Source: Macrostomum lignano
Taxonomy: Eukaryota
Length of the DNA: 64,000 nucleotides
Direction of reading: 5' to 3'
Assembly (NCBI GenBank): GCA_002269645.1
Contig: NIVC01002702.1
Location: 62,001 to 126,000, forward strand
Shown here in pieces: positions 16,833-29,183 of this stretch; positions within the stretch are counted from its first letter, which is position 1; every line of letters starts with the position of its first letter. Made by a program: the position numbers and the translations under genes. A model generated the notes under the pieces. It saw only the letters and a program-made list of their open reading frames with translations. It was not told where the DNA came from and made no database searches.

Positions 16833-16860
16833 GTTTATCTGTCTGTGTGTCTATTTGCCC
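16070..16860. repeat. Compound (TCTG)n/(TATC)n microsatellite
   Basis: Direct reading. Confidence 0.97.
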
Positions 16861-17294
16861 GACCGATATTTTTTTCATCCTAAAGGATGACTCAGATAAT
16901 TGAGTAAATTGAGTAATTGGTTTGATTCTTTAATTGTAAAAGACAGTAATAAAATTAAAAAGTAAGAAAATCTCAAAAAAAGTTTTGATAGCTTAAAATA
17001 AAATAGAATTATTTTAAAAAATACTGAGTCAAAAACAACCAGGCGATCATTACATGCTTTTTATTTTCACAATTTCAATTAAAAAAGCACACAAATCAAG
17101 ATCTTCATACCGTAAAATCTGGCAAATAATAGTTAAACATCTATCCTATCGATACAAACTAAATTTATAAAGGAATGTGGCAATCAGGCGCATGTAATTA
17201 TTGTGTAATTATTTAGACTCAATTCAATTGAAAACAATTTATAGACTGATAATACAAACATTTTGGGTGAAAATCTGGGTGACACTACGATCGT

Positions 17295-17950
17295 AACAGG
17301 CGATTCTCAAGGCGGCTAATGGGCGATTCTCAAGGTGGCTAATGAGCAATTCTCAGGGTAGCTAATGAGCGATTCTCAAGGTAGCTAATGGGCGATTCTC
17401 AAGGTAGCTAATGAGCGATTCTCAAGGTGGCTAATAGGCAATTCTCAAGGTAGCTAATGGGCGATTCTCAAGGCGGCTAATGGGCGACTCTCAAGGTGGC
17501 TAATGAGCGATTCTCAAAGTAGATAATGGGCGACTCTCAAAGTAGCTAATGGGCGATTCTCAAGGCGGCTAATGGGCGATTCTCAAGGTAGCTAATGTGC
17601 GGTTCTCAAGGTAGCTAATGGGCGATTCTCAAGGTGGCTAATGAGCGATTCTCAAGGTAGCTAATGTGCGGTTCTCAAGGTAGCTAATGGGCGATTCTCA
17701 AGGTAGCTAATGAGCAATTCTTAGGGTAGCTAATGAGCAATTCTTAAGGTAGCTAATGGGCGATTCTCAAGGGGGAGCTAATGAGCAATTCTCAAGGTAG
17801 CCTTTGAGCAATTCTCAAGGTAGCTAATGGGCGATTCTCACGGTAGCTAATGAGCAATTCTCAAGGTAGCTAATGATAAATTCTCAGGGTAGCTAATGAG
17901 CAATTTTTAGGGTAGTTGTTAGGCGAATCTCAGGGTAGTTAATGGGCGAT
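17295..17950. repeat. 23-bp minisatellite
   Basis: (GCTAATGGGCGATTCTCAAGGTA)n. Confidence 0.95.
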
Positions 17951-18093
17951 TATCAATAAAGAGAATTGTGCGTCTTAAGTAATAGTTAAAAAAACGGTTC
18001 GAAATAGGTAAAAAATCAACTTAATAGCAATTTTTCATTTTTATTCTTGCCCAACTGTCAGAAGAAACTAGTTAAGCATATTATTTCAAGTTG

Positions 18094-19144
18094 CTAGCCG
18101 CGCGAATTGGCTCGCGGAATTTTAAATTCGACTCGTTCAACAGCCACGTCGCCATCAAGGAACCGATAGATGTAGCACACAACGCTGGATGCCTGCACGT
18201 CTAGCAGGGCGAACGAAGGCACTGGCGTCTCGCCAGCCTCAGCTGGACTGAAGGCACCCGTGGCCGAGCCGGGATTCAAGAAAAATCCGCCGTCCCGTTC
18301 AAACGCTTCGAATCGACGCGTGTGACCGCTGATTAACAGGTCGACGCCGAGGCGACGGCGAAGCTCGGATAAAGAGGCCGGATCGCCCCAGGGCAGCAGC
18401 TGGTGGCCGTGGGTCAAACCGATCCGTAACTGGCCTACAGTGACCACCTACAGGAGGAATACTTTATTAGGGCGCTTCAAGGCATCCCACCCCACTCCCT
18501 GTGCACCAACCTCACTCCCTGTGCACCAACCTCACTCCCTGTGCACCAACCTCTCTCCCTGTGCACCAGCTTCACTCCCTATGCACCCACATCACTTCTT
18601 ATACACACACCTCACTCCTTATGCACCCACCTCACTCCTTGTGCACCCACCTCACTCACTGTGCATCCACCGCACTCCCTGTGCACCCACCTCACTCGTT
18701 GTACACACACCTCACTACTTGTGCACCCACCTCACTCCCTGTGCACCCACCTCACTCCCTGTGCACCCACCTCACTCCTTGTGCACCCACCTCACTCCCT
18801 GTGCACCCAACTCACTCCTTGTGCACCCAACTCACTCCCTGTGCACCCACCTCACTTTGTTTGTCCAATCACACCATGCCTACAGTACAGATACCCACAG
18901 TGAATCTCACTTCTCTCAGTCAACGCACCTTAGTCTCAGGCCACGAAGCGTCGTCGAACTCGCCTCGAACAACGTGGACATCGGAGGTGAGACTTTTTAA
19001 ATAGTCTAAAGAATCCCGGCCAATCAAATTGCCGGTGCAAAGCACGTGCTGAATTTTGCCAGGCACTAGCAGGCGCCGGAATTTCGCGGGTATGCTGGAC
19101 GCTCGATAAGGCACATGGAAATCTCCAATTACGAGTACAAGCAT
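18094..19144 (-). CDS. VPS29: Vacuolar protein sorting 29 (retromer subunit), 189 aa. Exons 19144-18929 and 18447-18094
   Basis: [59 protein letters not shown]; phase-0 intron AAG|GTGCG..TAG|GTG. Confidence 0.96.
18485..18860. repeat. 20-bp minisatellite in the VPS29 intron
   Basis: (CACCTCACTCCCTGTGCACC)n. Confidence 0.94.
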
Positions 19145-19402
19145 GACGAGTATTTCGCACTACTGAAAGTAAAATTATACGGTAATTTTCAAATTTTAAC
19201 TTTTGATATTCTACTTAAAGTAGCTAAAGTGCGTTTGCACTATTTTCTATCGGAAAAAAATAAATACAATACACGACAATACAAACTTTTCTCCAAGTCT
19301 CCAAGCTCTAAAGCTTTTTTATTTCGCTTTTATGAAGAATTGACACAAAGCAAGTAGGGGGCCAATTGTTTTTAAGAGAGAAGCAGCTAACTCTTAATTG
19401 CT

Positions 19403-19741
19403 TTAAGCCTTAGCCGTTTCCCGAACAATGTCAGAGTCGCCAGCATCGAGCACTGCCATTGAACAGATCTTGAAGTGCCGGCCGCAAGCGGTGCCCAATT
19501 CAATATTGTTGCCGCCATAATGGTGAACGCCCGATTTAGACAGCATCGAATAATATTCAATTGTTGATTTGCGCAGCGCGGGCGTGTTGCTAGCCAATAT
19601 GACCAACTTGGCCTTGCCTTGGCGCAAACTTTTTAGAGTCTGACGCAGTCCCAGAACAACTTTGCCGGACTTCATAACAAGCGCCAGGCGAGAGTTGATA
19701 TTCTCCTGCTGCTTTTTGCTTGCTTTCTTTGCGGCGGTCAT
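19403..19741 (-). CDS. RPL30: 60S ribosomal protein L30 (eL30), intronless, 112 aa
   Basis: [61 protein letters not shown]; ATG 19741; minus-strand AATAAA at 19323-19318. Confidence 0.95.
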   Translation of the reverse strand: MTAAKKASKKQQENINSRLALVMKSGKVVLGLRQTLKSLRQGKAKLVILASNTPALRKSTIEYYSMLSKSGVHHYGGNNIELGTACGRHFKICSMAVLDAGDSDIVRETAKA

Positions 19742-19899
19742 TGTTTGGCTTCAATGGCATGCAATGACAATTAACGTAAATTTTGGCTTAGCTTTAACTA
19801 TTTCGATACATATCAGGAAAATTTATTTATTACAAGGTGATGTGAATTTTGCTTAAAATTTTGCTGCCGAGCTGTCCTTGAGCCAGATCTCTACACTTC

Positions 19900-22500
19900 T
19901 ATCACAAAATGCACGGTGCTGGAAGAAGACAGTTCTAACTCGGCAGCAGCGTGCTCAGTGAGAAAATTTTCTGCGTCATTGGCTATTAAATCGGGAACAA
20001 AGCCCATCTTTTTTAAACCACGGCAAATTCCATATGGGATTCAGGACGATGTCAAAGCCGAGTTAAAGAGAATGGAAGAGGCTGGGCAGCTCCAGAAGGT
20101 GGAATCTAGCGAGTGGGCCACACCTATCGTCTGTGTTCGGAAACAGTCTGGAAAGGTTCGGATTTGTGGTAACTACAAGGTTGCCCTCAACCCACTGTTG
20201 AAAGACATGGTGTCTACAACGCCTACAAATTGACGAAGTGCTATCGAAACTGGGTTGTGCCCGTCGATTCTCTACATTGGACCTATCAAATGCCTACCTC
20301 CAAGTACCGGTGGACGAAGACAGTAGCGCGATGCTGACGTGGAGCACTCCGTTCGGCCTGTACAGGCCCACTGCATTGGCATACGGAGTCAAGCAAGCAC
20401 CGGCAATTTTCCTGTCATTCATGGACAAACTGCTACTAAATGCTGAAGGCGTAATTTCGTACTAGGACGACATTCTAGTGTGGGGCTTTGACCAACAGTC
20501 ATGACAAAAGGCTGTCCAAAGTTCTTCAAATCATAAAAGATAATGGACTGAGCATTAACAAGGATAAGTGCAACTTTGACAAGCCATCAATCATGTTCCT
20601 ATGATACGAGATCAGTGAAAGTGGCATTCGCCCACCACCGAAGAAAGCCAAGGAAATTGCAGGAATAGAGGAGCCAAAAAATCTTAAACAGTTGCAGTCT
20701 TTCATTGGAATGGTCGATTTTTATGGATGGTGCATCAAGAATCTCGCGAGTTTGAAGGAACCTCTAACGAGACTGACCAGGACAGGGACAAAATGGACCT
20801 GGGGCTCAGTAGAGCAGAGAGCGTTCAAGAGCATAAAGGATTAGCTGTACAACGCAGTCGCTCTTCAACCTTTGAATCCAGCCGACAAGATCATTCTCAC
20901 AACTGATGCATCACCCTCTGGACTTGGTGCAGTTCTAGAGCAATCAACTGGACCAGTAATTTTTATCTCGAAGACTCTGACACAAGCGGAGCGTAACTAT
21001 GCTCAAATCGAGCGCGAGGCTCTTGCTATCGTATGGGCTGTGAAGCGCTTACACAAGTATTTGCTAGGCCAGAAGTTCATCATCCGAACAGACCATCAGC
21101 CACTGAAGTTCATCTTCGATCCGGGGAGATCTCTGTCAACTGTAGCTGCAGCCCGGGTGCAACGCTGGGCAATCACTCTGATGAGTTACGAATATGTTGT
21201 TGGGTGCAAAAGATCCTCCGAGATTCCTGTAGCCGACGCGCTGTCAAGACTAAGCAACAACACATTTGAAGGTGAACAGTTTGATATTAGCTCAGTGCAG
21301 GACTGTTTACTAGACGTTCCTATAAACAAGGAGAGCTTGAGAAGGAAATCGAAAGAGGACTCAGAACTTCGGAAGCTGTTTGCTTAAGTCAAGTATGGTT
21401 GGAAGACAGAAGGATTTCAAGAACTACAGCAGTTTAGTCGATTCAGGGACGAGTTTGTCATTGAGAATGGATTACTGTACAGAGGTATTCGGCTGGTTAT
21501 TCCAAAGCTGGAGCGTTCCGCAACTCTGCGATTGCTGCACGAAGGGCATATCGGAACTAAAAGATGAAATCTATAGCTAGACAATGCGTCTGGTGGCCCG
21601 ATGTATATCGAGACATCGAAAAGTACTCAAAAGGATGCAGTTCATGTCAGATGAACAAGTATCACGGAATAACTCGACAATGGACTTCTTGGCCGGACGA
21701 GACCCAGTGATGGTCGAGAGTTTACATGGACTACGCAGGACCTATGAAGGGAGGAAACTACCTGTTAGTACTAATTGATGCGTTCAGCAAATGGGCTGAA
21801 GTTCACGTGACTAAAGGAACCTCTTCATCTGAGACCATCAAGCGATTGCGAAGAACGTTTGCTCAAGAAGGCGTGCCTGTGACTATTGTTTCGGACAACG
21901 GACCTCAATTCGTATCGAAAAAATGGAAGGTTGGCTAAGAGAAATCAACTGCAGACATTTTCTCACACCACCTTATCATCCAAGGTCAAACGGATTGGCC
22001 GAGCGCTTTGTGAGAGACCTAAAAAATCACATCAGAGCTGCAGGGGAAGGCGACCTTCAGAGCTGCGTAGACCGACTGCAATACAGGAATTCAAAACAGC
22101 CCTCTGAGCTGATGAGAAGATATCTGCTCCACACTCCAGCATTCTCTCTGGCACGTGAGCTAGTCTGGGTAAGAACATACAACAACGAGATGACTAAATG
22201 GAAGTCTGGTGAAGTAGTCGCTATGGAGGGAAATGTTGTGGTCGACGTTGAGCTGGAGGACGGAAGGTGCGGACGCTACTATCGTGAACAAACAAAACCA
22301 AAGATCTCCAGTTCCGATGACCTGGTGGAGACGGAGATGGAAGAACCTGCTGAACAAGGATCTGGTCTTCGCAGGAGTCAGCGCCATCGACGAGTACCAG
22401 TGCGACTGAATTATCACAAGCTGGGTGTGCCTACCTAACTGTTAAAGAAGGAGTGTTAGCATTGCGATGAACTTTTATTTAGTTAACAAATGCACTTTAT
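19900..22500 (+). mobile_element. Decayed, 5'-truncated Ty3/Gypsy LTR retrotransposon (RT-RNaseH-integrase pseudogene) with probable PPT and start of the 3' LTR
   Basis: SEWATPIVCVRKQSGKVRICG, LDLSNAYLQ, RT motif broken to Y*DD (TAG 20463), RNase H TDAS..YAQIEREALAIVWAVKRLHKYLLG..TDHQPL, integrase DYAGP..IDAFSKW..VSDNGPQF..PPYHPRSNGLAERFV, tail LRRSQRHRRVPVRL; purine tract 22444-22453 followed by TGTTAG; multiple stops and frameshifts. Confidence 0.93.
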
Positions 22501-22964
22501 TTACAAGCCGTTCATGGCTGCTGAGCTGCAAATGTCTATGGACATTCAGTTCGTGAGCATAGCTTGTACTGTAGGGAAAGAGCCACGAAATATAATGAGA
22601 GTAAAAATGTCTGTTGACATATGCTAAAAAAGCAGATACTCAAAATAATTAAAGGACTGGAAATCATTTCTAGGAAAACCAACATGTACATTTATGGTTC
22701 AATGCAATTGTTGTTTCTTTGGCTCAGCCGAAGAAATTACCATCCAGGCTAGATAAATCAATGGACCAACCAAACGATTAAGAAACGCCAAGGCCTGGAA
22801 CTGAGGTCAAAGCCGGGGGGTTTGACCAGAGAAGGTAATAAACAGAAAGAACTTATATTTATTCCCCTTTAGGTCCCAGTCTTGTAGCCGACACTTAGTT
22901 TATCTAGTTGGGCCAAATAAATGGCTCAACCAATTAAAAATGTTGCAGAATTTCCAGTGCAGAA

Positions 22965-23490
22965 CACTTTCCCCTTCTAGCACACTCCCCCTTACTACAT
23001 TCTAGCACTGTCTCTAGCACCGTCCTGGTGACTCCCCCCTTCTAGCACTCTCCGGTTCTAGAACTCTCTTTCTAGCACACTCCCCACTTCTATTGTAATA
23101 GCACTTTCTGTTTCTAGTACATTCCCCCATTCTAACACACCTCCACCTTCTAGCATAAGCACATCTCCACCTAGCACACTATCCATTCACTTTTAACACA
23201 CCTCCACCTTTTAGCATAAGCACATCTCCACCTAGCACACTATCTATTTCTAGCACAATATCCACATTTAGCAAACTAACTTTATCTAGCACATAGTACA
23301 CTATTCCCATTTAGAAAACTATTTTTATCTAGCACACTGTCCCCATCTAGCACACTGCTTAAATTTAGCATACCAATATCCCAATCTAGCATACTGTTCC
23401 TATCTAGCACACTATCCCTATCTAGCACATTCTTATTTAAGCACATTGTCCTTATACTATTGTCTAGCACATTGCCTTCATCTAGCACAT
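22965..23490. repeat. Degenerate TCTAGCACA-rich tandem repeat
   Basis: Recurrent TCTAGCACAC motif at short irregular spacing. Confidence 0.8.
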
Positions 23491-24769
23491 TGTCTTAATC
23501 TAAAAGTGAGCTTTTTAAAGCACTATTTTTAGCCCACTTCAAATTTCTCTATAATATAGTAGCCTAATCTTATCTAGTTGCAAATTTCTTAATTTCTTAG
23601 ACTTTTATTGTTGCCTTTTATTTATGCTTCTTTTCAATTACAAATTTTTCCTTTTGTCATTTTGAAATTATGTTTTGCAAGAGATTGATTTTGATTTTAC
23701 TTACCTTAGGCTTAGCTTATATACTCTAACTAGTCAAATTGGCAAGCTAGCATAGTAGGTTAGAATTTTTCATATAAAGTTTTAATAAATACCTATATAT
23801 AAGTTTTATAATTCTCTTTTAATGTTAATATAATGCTTAGTAGCTTTGCTTTTAAATGAAATAGCTTTGTTTTACTAGAAGTAAGGCAATATTCAATATT
23901 TTTAAATGAAATTACACAAGTTTGTTGAACAAATAAAAGCTGTATGCATATAAACCTTTTACAGTTATACAAGTTTGTTAGAAATATGTACACAAGTGCA
24001 TAAGTTTTTATTAGTACATATGGAATGCATCTAAGAGGGTTTCCATGCTTTTCAATGACAGTGCATTTTAGTGCCCAGCATTTCAATGCCCCAGTTTGCT
24101 TTTTGGTGCCTTAGTTAATGACCGCTAAATAATAAAAAAGTAATCTCAAAACAAATATAATAAATACTTTACAAAACATTTTATTTTCCTAATAAAAGCA
24201 ATATCCATTTTGTTCAACTAGCATATTTCTTAAATTTCAAATAATCCATTTAATTTAATTGTAAACATTTGCCATATTCTGTATAGGCTACAAGGCTGCA
24301 TTTAATAAGCATGTGTGCTAAGAAGACTTAGTTAGATAAAGATATAATCCATCAATTATGCTACATGTATAGTTTTGATTGAAATTATGAAATGTGACAA
24401 ATCAATTTTAGTATTGATTTCTTGAGTCTACATGGCATGATCATACTTTTTATCTTGAAAAATTGAGACATTTTAAATTTAAATGAAACAAGCTGTTGAA
24501 ACCCGCGGATTTTGAACCCTGGGAATTCCAATCCCTGGAACTATTCTGAAATCTGAGGCCATACTCAAAAACTTGTTGATAATTAGCAGAGAGGCAACCA
24601 TAAAAAGGAGTACATTTATGTAAAATTAGAATTTGAGGCAAACATTGATCTTGTTGGCTGGGGTGCTGCGCAGAATGTCAGGCAATGTCTGTCTGACTCT
24701 AAAACATGTATTGGCAAACTCTGGCCTCTGCCTCTGACTCTCCCTACGTCCCTTGGATTCTTTGAAACT

Positions 24770-25161
24770 TCTATCTTCTCTTCTGTTTCCTCTTCTCTCT
24801 CGTCCCTCGTCTCTCCTCTCTCTCCTCTCATCTCTTCTCTTTTTTCTCTTTCTTCTCCTCTCTGATCTCTATACTCTCTCTTCTCATTCCTCGCTCTCCT
24901 CTATCTCCTCTCTTCTCTCAACTCTATTCTCTACTCTCTCATCTCTCCTCTACTCTATCATCTCTCCTTTCTACTCTTTCCTCTCTCTTTCTCCTCTCTC
25001 ATCTCTTCTCTTTTTCCTCTCTCCTCTCTCCCCTCTTCTCTCGTCTCTTCCCTCACTTGTCTTCTCTCTCGTCTTTGCTCTCTTATCTCGATCCTGTCTC
25101 TTTTATCTCCTTTCTCTTATCTTTTCTCATTTATCTCTGCTCTCCCTCTCTCTCGCCTCTC

Positions 25162-25223
<62 letters not shown>

Positions 25224-26040
25224 CTCTCTCTCATCTCTCCTCTCCCCCCATCTCTCTTCTCCTCTCTACTCTCTCCCCTCTCTATTCTTCTCTTTCCTTT
25301 CCTCTCTCCTCACTCACTTCTCTCTTCCTTTGTCTCTCCTCTCTCCTCTCGTCTCTGTAATCTCTTCTCTCTTCTCTCTTATCTCTTCTCTGTTCTCTCT
25401 ACTCTCCCATCTCTCGTCTGTTCACTCTTGTCTCTGCTCTCTCACCCCCTCTTTCATCTGTCATCTTTACTGTATTATATGTTCTCTCACCTCTTTCCTC
25501 TGTACTCTTTTCTTTCCCCTCTTTTGACTCCTCACTTTCCTTTCTCCTTTCTTCTCTTCTCTTCTCTTCCCTCTTCTATACTCTCTCCCTCTCTTGTCTC
25601 CTCTCTTCTCTCTTCACTCTCCTCTCTCCTCCATTATCTCTCATCTCTCATTTCCCATCTCTCCTTACACCTCTCTCATCTTTACAATCTTAGAGATGTA
25701 GAGATGTATCTTTATCTCTTCTCTCTTCCCTTTACTCTCCCATCTCTCCTTTCACCTCTTTCCTCTCTCCTCTCTGCTCTCCTCTCTGCTGTCTCCTCTC
25801 TCCTCTCATCTGCAGCTTACTGCTCTCTCATCTCTACTCTCTTCTCTCTCCTCTCTACTCGCTCCTTTCTACTCTCCCCTCTCTCATCTCGCTTTTCCTC
25901 TCTCCCCTCTTCCCCCCCTCTCTCTCATCGTCCTCACCCCTCATCTCTTATATTATCTTCTATCTTTTCTCTTATTCCCTCTTTCGCCTCTCCTCACTTT
26001 TCGAATCGTCTATTCCTTCATTTTTCCACTCTCATCTGCC
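24770..26040. repeat. CT-rich low-complexity tract with a (TC)n core
   Basis: Direct reading; the 480-aa L/S-rich ORF is an artefact. Confidence 0.95.
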
Positions 26041-26649
26041 CCTCAGCCATGAGCTGGATTCTTTATCTGGCCTTTAAGGTAAAAGTCTGCCCATCCCTGC
26101 TTGGAAAGCCAGTTTGTGGGACGTACTACTCTCATCACTCATTGTTGTTCTCATACTTTGATCACGTCATCTTTATTGCCAATTTGCAGCCCTGAAAGGA
26201 TTTGTGTATCTTCAGTTCCACTTCAGTCTGCATCAGTCTAACAACCAAAGAAATACGCATTTCTTAGGAGGCCATTTAAAATTTAAAGTACTTTTAAGAG
26301 AAACTTAAAATTTCCATGGTGTGACAAATTTAGTAGGGTTGTATTGCATTGCGTCGCCTTTTCATAAATATTTCGCTTTTACAAACCATGCTGGAGCTGG
26401 ATTGCCTTGATTTGCCATCCACTGTTAAACTGCTGCAGAGTTTGCCTATACAGAGGACAATGGTTAGAATTTCTCACTAAACTGTTATGGATGCCTAAAC
26501 GTAGCCTCTCCACGGGGGTGCAGAGAAGGCCATAAACAAAGCTATTCCAAAACACTGTACATTCGCTATGTACATTGAGCCCTATCGCCTGACCCTTCGT
26601 CTGGGCTGGCGCTGAGGAAGTGAGCAGCCCAAACAACAGAAAAAGCAGA

Positions 26650-27253
26650 CAAACTTCACATGCTTACAGTTTCCGTTCTGATTGGGTTACAGAATTGAAA
26701 CTTTACATTTTGACAGAGAATGAGTCAATGAAGAATTGTGTCAAGTTTAAAGTCAATCGCTTTATGTGGAGCAAACTTATGGCAGCCGAAAGTTAGTCAT
26801 TTTAAAACCTATTTGCACCCTTTGCCCAGATAGGGAAAGAAAGGCAGGCGGGCGGAGGTTGGGGTGGTTGCTACGCTGAAAAAAAACAGCCTAACTTTAA
26901 AAGTGCACAGCGGCTTTCAGGATTAACTTTGAGATTTGAAATTTTACACGATTGTGTCAAAATAGTTGAAGATTGATTGTGTTAAATTTGAAGAGAATCG
27001 GTAGAAGTGGAGCGGCGCTATGGATGATTTAGTGAAAAAATCGCGCATTTTGAGCAGTTTTTTGCACTTTTAGGGGGGAAGACTCAAATTTAGGAAATTC
27101 AAAGGTAGCCTAAGACATTCTCCGTAGTGAGTTTAGGGTGGGTGTAAAGTTTGGTGTAATTTGGTTGAGTGGTTTGGGAGTCCATAGCGAACGAAATTGT
27201 CCACAGACAGACAGACACACAGACAGAGAGTTTTGGTTTTTATAGGTATAGAT
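26650..27253 (+). mobile_element. Possible non-autonomous Helitron2/Helentron-type (DINE/HINE-like) element; left boundary uncertain
   Basis: 3' end reads ..AAAGTTTGGTGTAATTTGGTTGAGTGGTTTGGGAG..(ACAG)n..TTTATAGGTATAGAT, an end architecture typical of such elements; pattern recognition only. Confidence 0.45.
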
Positions 27254-27871
27254 GAGATACTTTTTTAATTAAAATAGTAGGCTACCTTAACAAAATAAAT
27301 AATAATAATACAATATTTTTAAGTTTAGAAGTAGAAATACTATATTTACTTATTGATAAATTCCAATTGTCAAATTCTGCTTTAAAATCTAGGCACCAAA
27401 ATGCAAATTAGGGCACCAAAAAGCATAGGCACCAAAAAGCGTAGATAGGGGAGCCTACCTTTAGGAGCAGGATTATATTCAAAAATTCTATTCCGGCTTA
27501 AAGCTAGCTATATTATATATGTAGACTATTTTTATAGAGTTGTATAGTTAGATTAGATAGGCCTAGCCTAATCAAGTTAGGGCCTAATAATAAAAAAATT
27601 GTGTTAGGCCTACTCTTGGGATTTTTTGCATTTAATTTAAATAAAAAAAATTTAGAATCTTTGATTATATAAATAAATGACAATAGTCTAGTCTAGAATA
27701 GTCAATAGTTAACTCTAGTTTAGATAATAAATTTCCTAGTATCCTTCTTAAAAACTTTTATTCCAAATATTAGAAATGAAACTTTCCATATCTGGATATC
27801 TATCATTTTTGGCATTTGATTCATTTTTTAAATAAATAGGCCTATTAGGCCCTATACTTAGTAGGCTGTCC

Positions 27872-28152
27872 CATAGGTGTAGGAATGGGGGGGGCAATGG
27901 GGCCTTGCTGTCGCCGAGTCAACCTGTCGCCAAATTAACTGGTTCCCTTTTAAAGTGGGGGGGGGGCAGTAATGGGATGTGCCCCCCCCCACTTTTTTCA
28001 ACCAAAATGTTGTCTTTTTATAATTTTATAATTTCTTTTTTATAAAACTACTTTTTTGGAATTTGCTGCCTTGCATTGCATGAGTCAATCTTAGTCATAA
28101 GACCTATGGCTGGACCTGGCCCCCCACTTTTTAAATTGTTCCTACGCCTATG
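27872..28152. mobile_element. hAT-type MITE (281 bp)
   Basis: 14-bp TIR CATAGGTGTAGGAA / TTCCTACGCCTATG (1 mismatch); perfect 8-bp TSD GGCTGTCC at 27864-27871 and 28153-28160. Confidence 0.9.
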
Positions 28153-28450
28153 GGCTGTCCCCTACCCCCAATAAATATAGTTTCAATTGACTGTTTCATA
28201 CAACTTTATTGATGCCATGACAGCAGCATGGTGGTGCCCCCTATGGCCTATGTGGATTTTGTGAACTTTTTTAAGCTACAGACAGTGACAATGAGCAACT
28301 GAAGTTTTGAGTGATGCATAATGCTATTGGATTGTTGTAAAAACTCGTTAAATTAACAAACTTACAAACATAGCCTATTTTAACGCTTTATGAAGTCTAA
28401 ATTTAAAATCTCAATAATGTAGGCCTATCAGTAGCCTATCATGGCTCCGC

Positions 28451-29183
28451 CATGTTGATGGTTGGGCCTGGGCCTGCCCTACCTGCCGTACCCCATACTC
28501 TGTGCGGAAGGGTTCTTTCTTTGAACAGAGTCATCTGAAGCTGACGCAGTTGATTGACTTCATCTACGGCTGGTCGCAGAAGACACGGATAGAGGACGTT
28601 ATGCGCGAGTGCGAGATTGGCGACTGGCACACGGTGGTTGACTGGGCCAATTTCTGCCGCGACATCTGCACCCAGTTCTTCATTGACCATCCAATGCAAC
28701 TCGGTGGTCCAGGAACAGAAGTAGAAATCAACGAGAGCAAATTTTTTCACCGGAAATACCACGTAGGTCAGTACCGCGAAGGCCACTGGGTTCTGGGTAT
28801 GGTGCAGCGGCCAGCGAGGAACGAACTGCTGCATGATGGTCATTGTCCCAGACCGCCGTGCGGAGACCCTCATGCCCATTATTGCCCAGTACATACTGCC
28901 TGGCACCCGCATAATCACTGACAGCTGGTTGGCCTACCAGCAGCTGCCCAATCATGCTGTCGTCAATCATTGACTGAACTTTGTGAACCCGGTGGACCCA
29001 ACTGTCCACACTAACACCATTGAGGGCACATGGGCTCACGTGAAGGCCAAATTCCGCCAGATGCATGGTACATCCTATGGACTGTTTGAGTCACATCTAC
29101 AGGAGTACCTCTGGCGGCGCCTCTTCCCGAACAAGACCTTCGGGAACTTCCTCTACTGGGTGTCGCATTATTATCCATTGTAA
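28451..29183 (+). pseudogene. Merlin/IS1016 (IS1595-family) DDE transposase pseudogene
   Basis: WACPTC..SVRKGSFF..W..FCRDIC..LGGPGTEVEINESKF..RKYHVG..WVLGMVQR; frameshift near 28815-28825; then VPDRRAETLMPII..ILPGTRIITDSWLAY..H..VNH*LNFV.P..VHTNTIEGTW..HLQEYLWRR; TGA at 28971; first catalytic D appears as N (28730). Confidence 0.88.

Noticed and set aside
16072-16903. CLSV-rich ORFs in all three frames
   Set aside because: (TCTG)n microsatellite
24753-26195. 480-aa L/S ORF
   Set aside because: Polypyrimidine low-complexity tract
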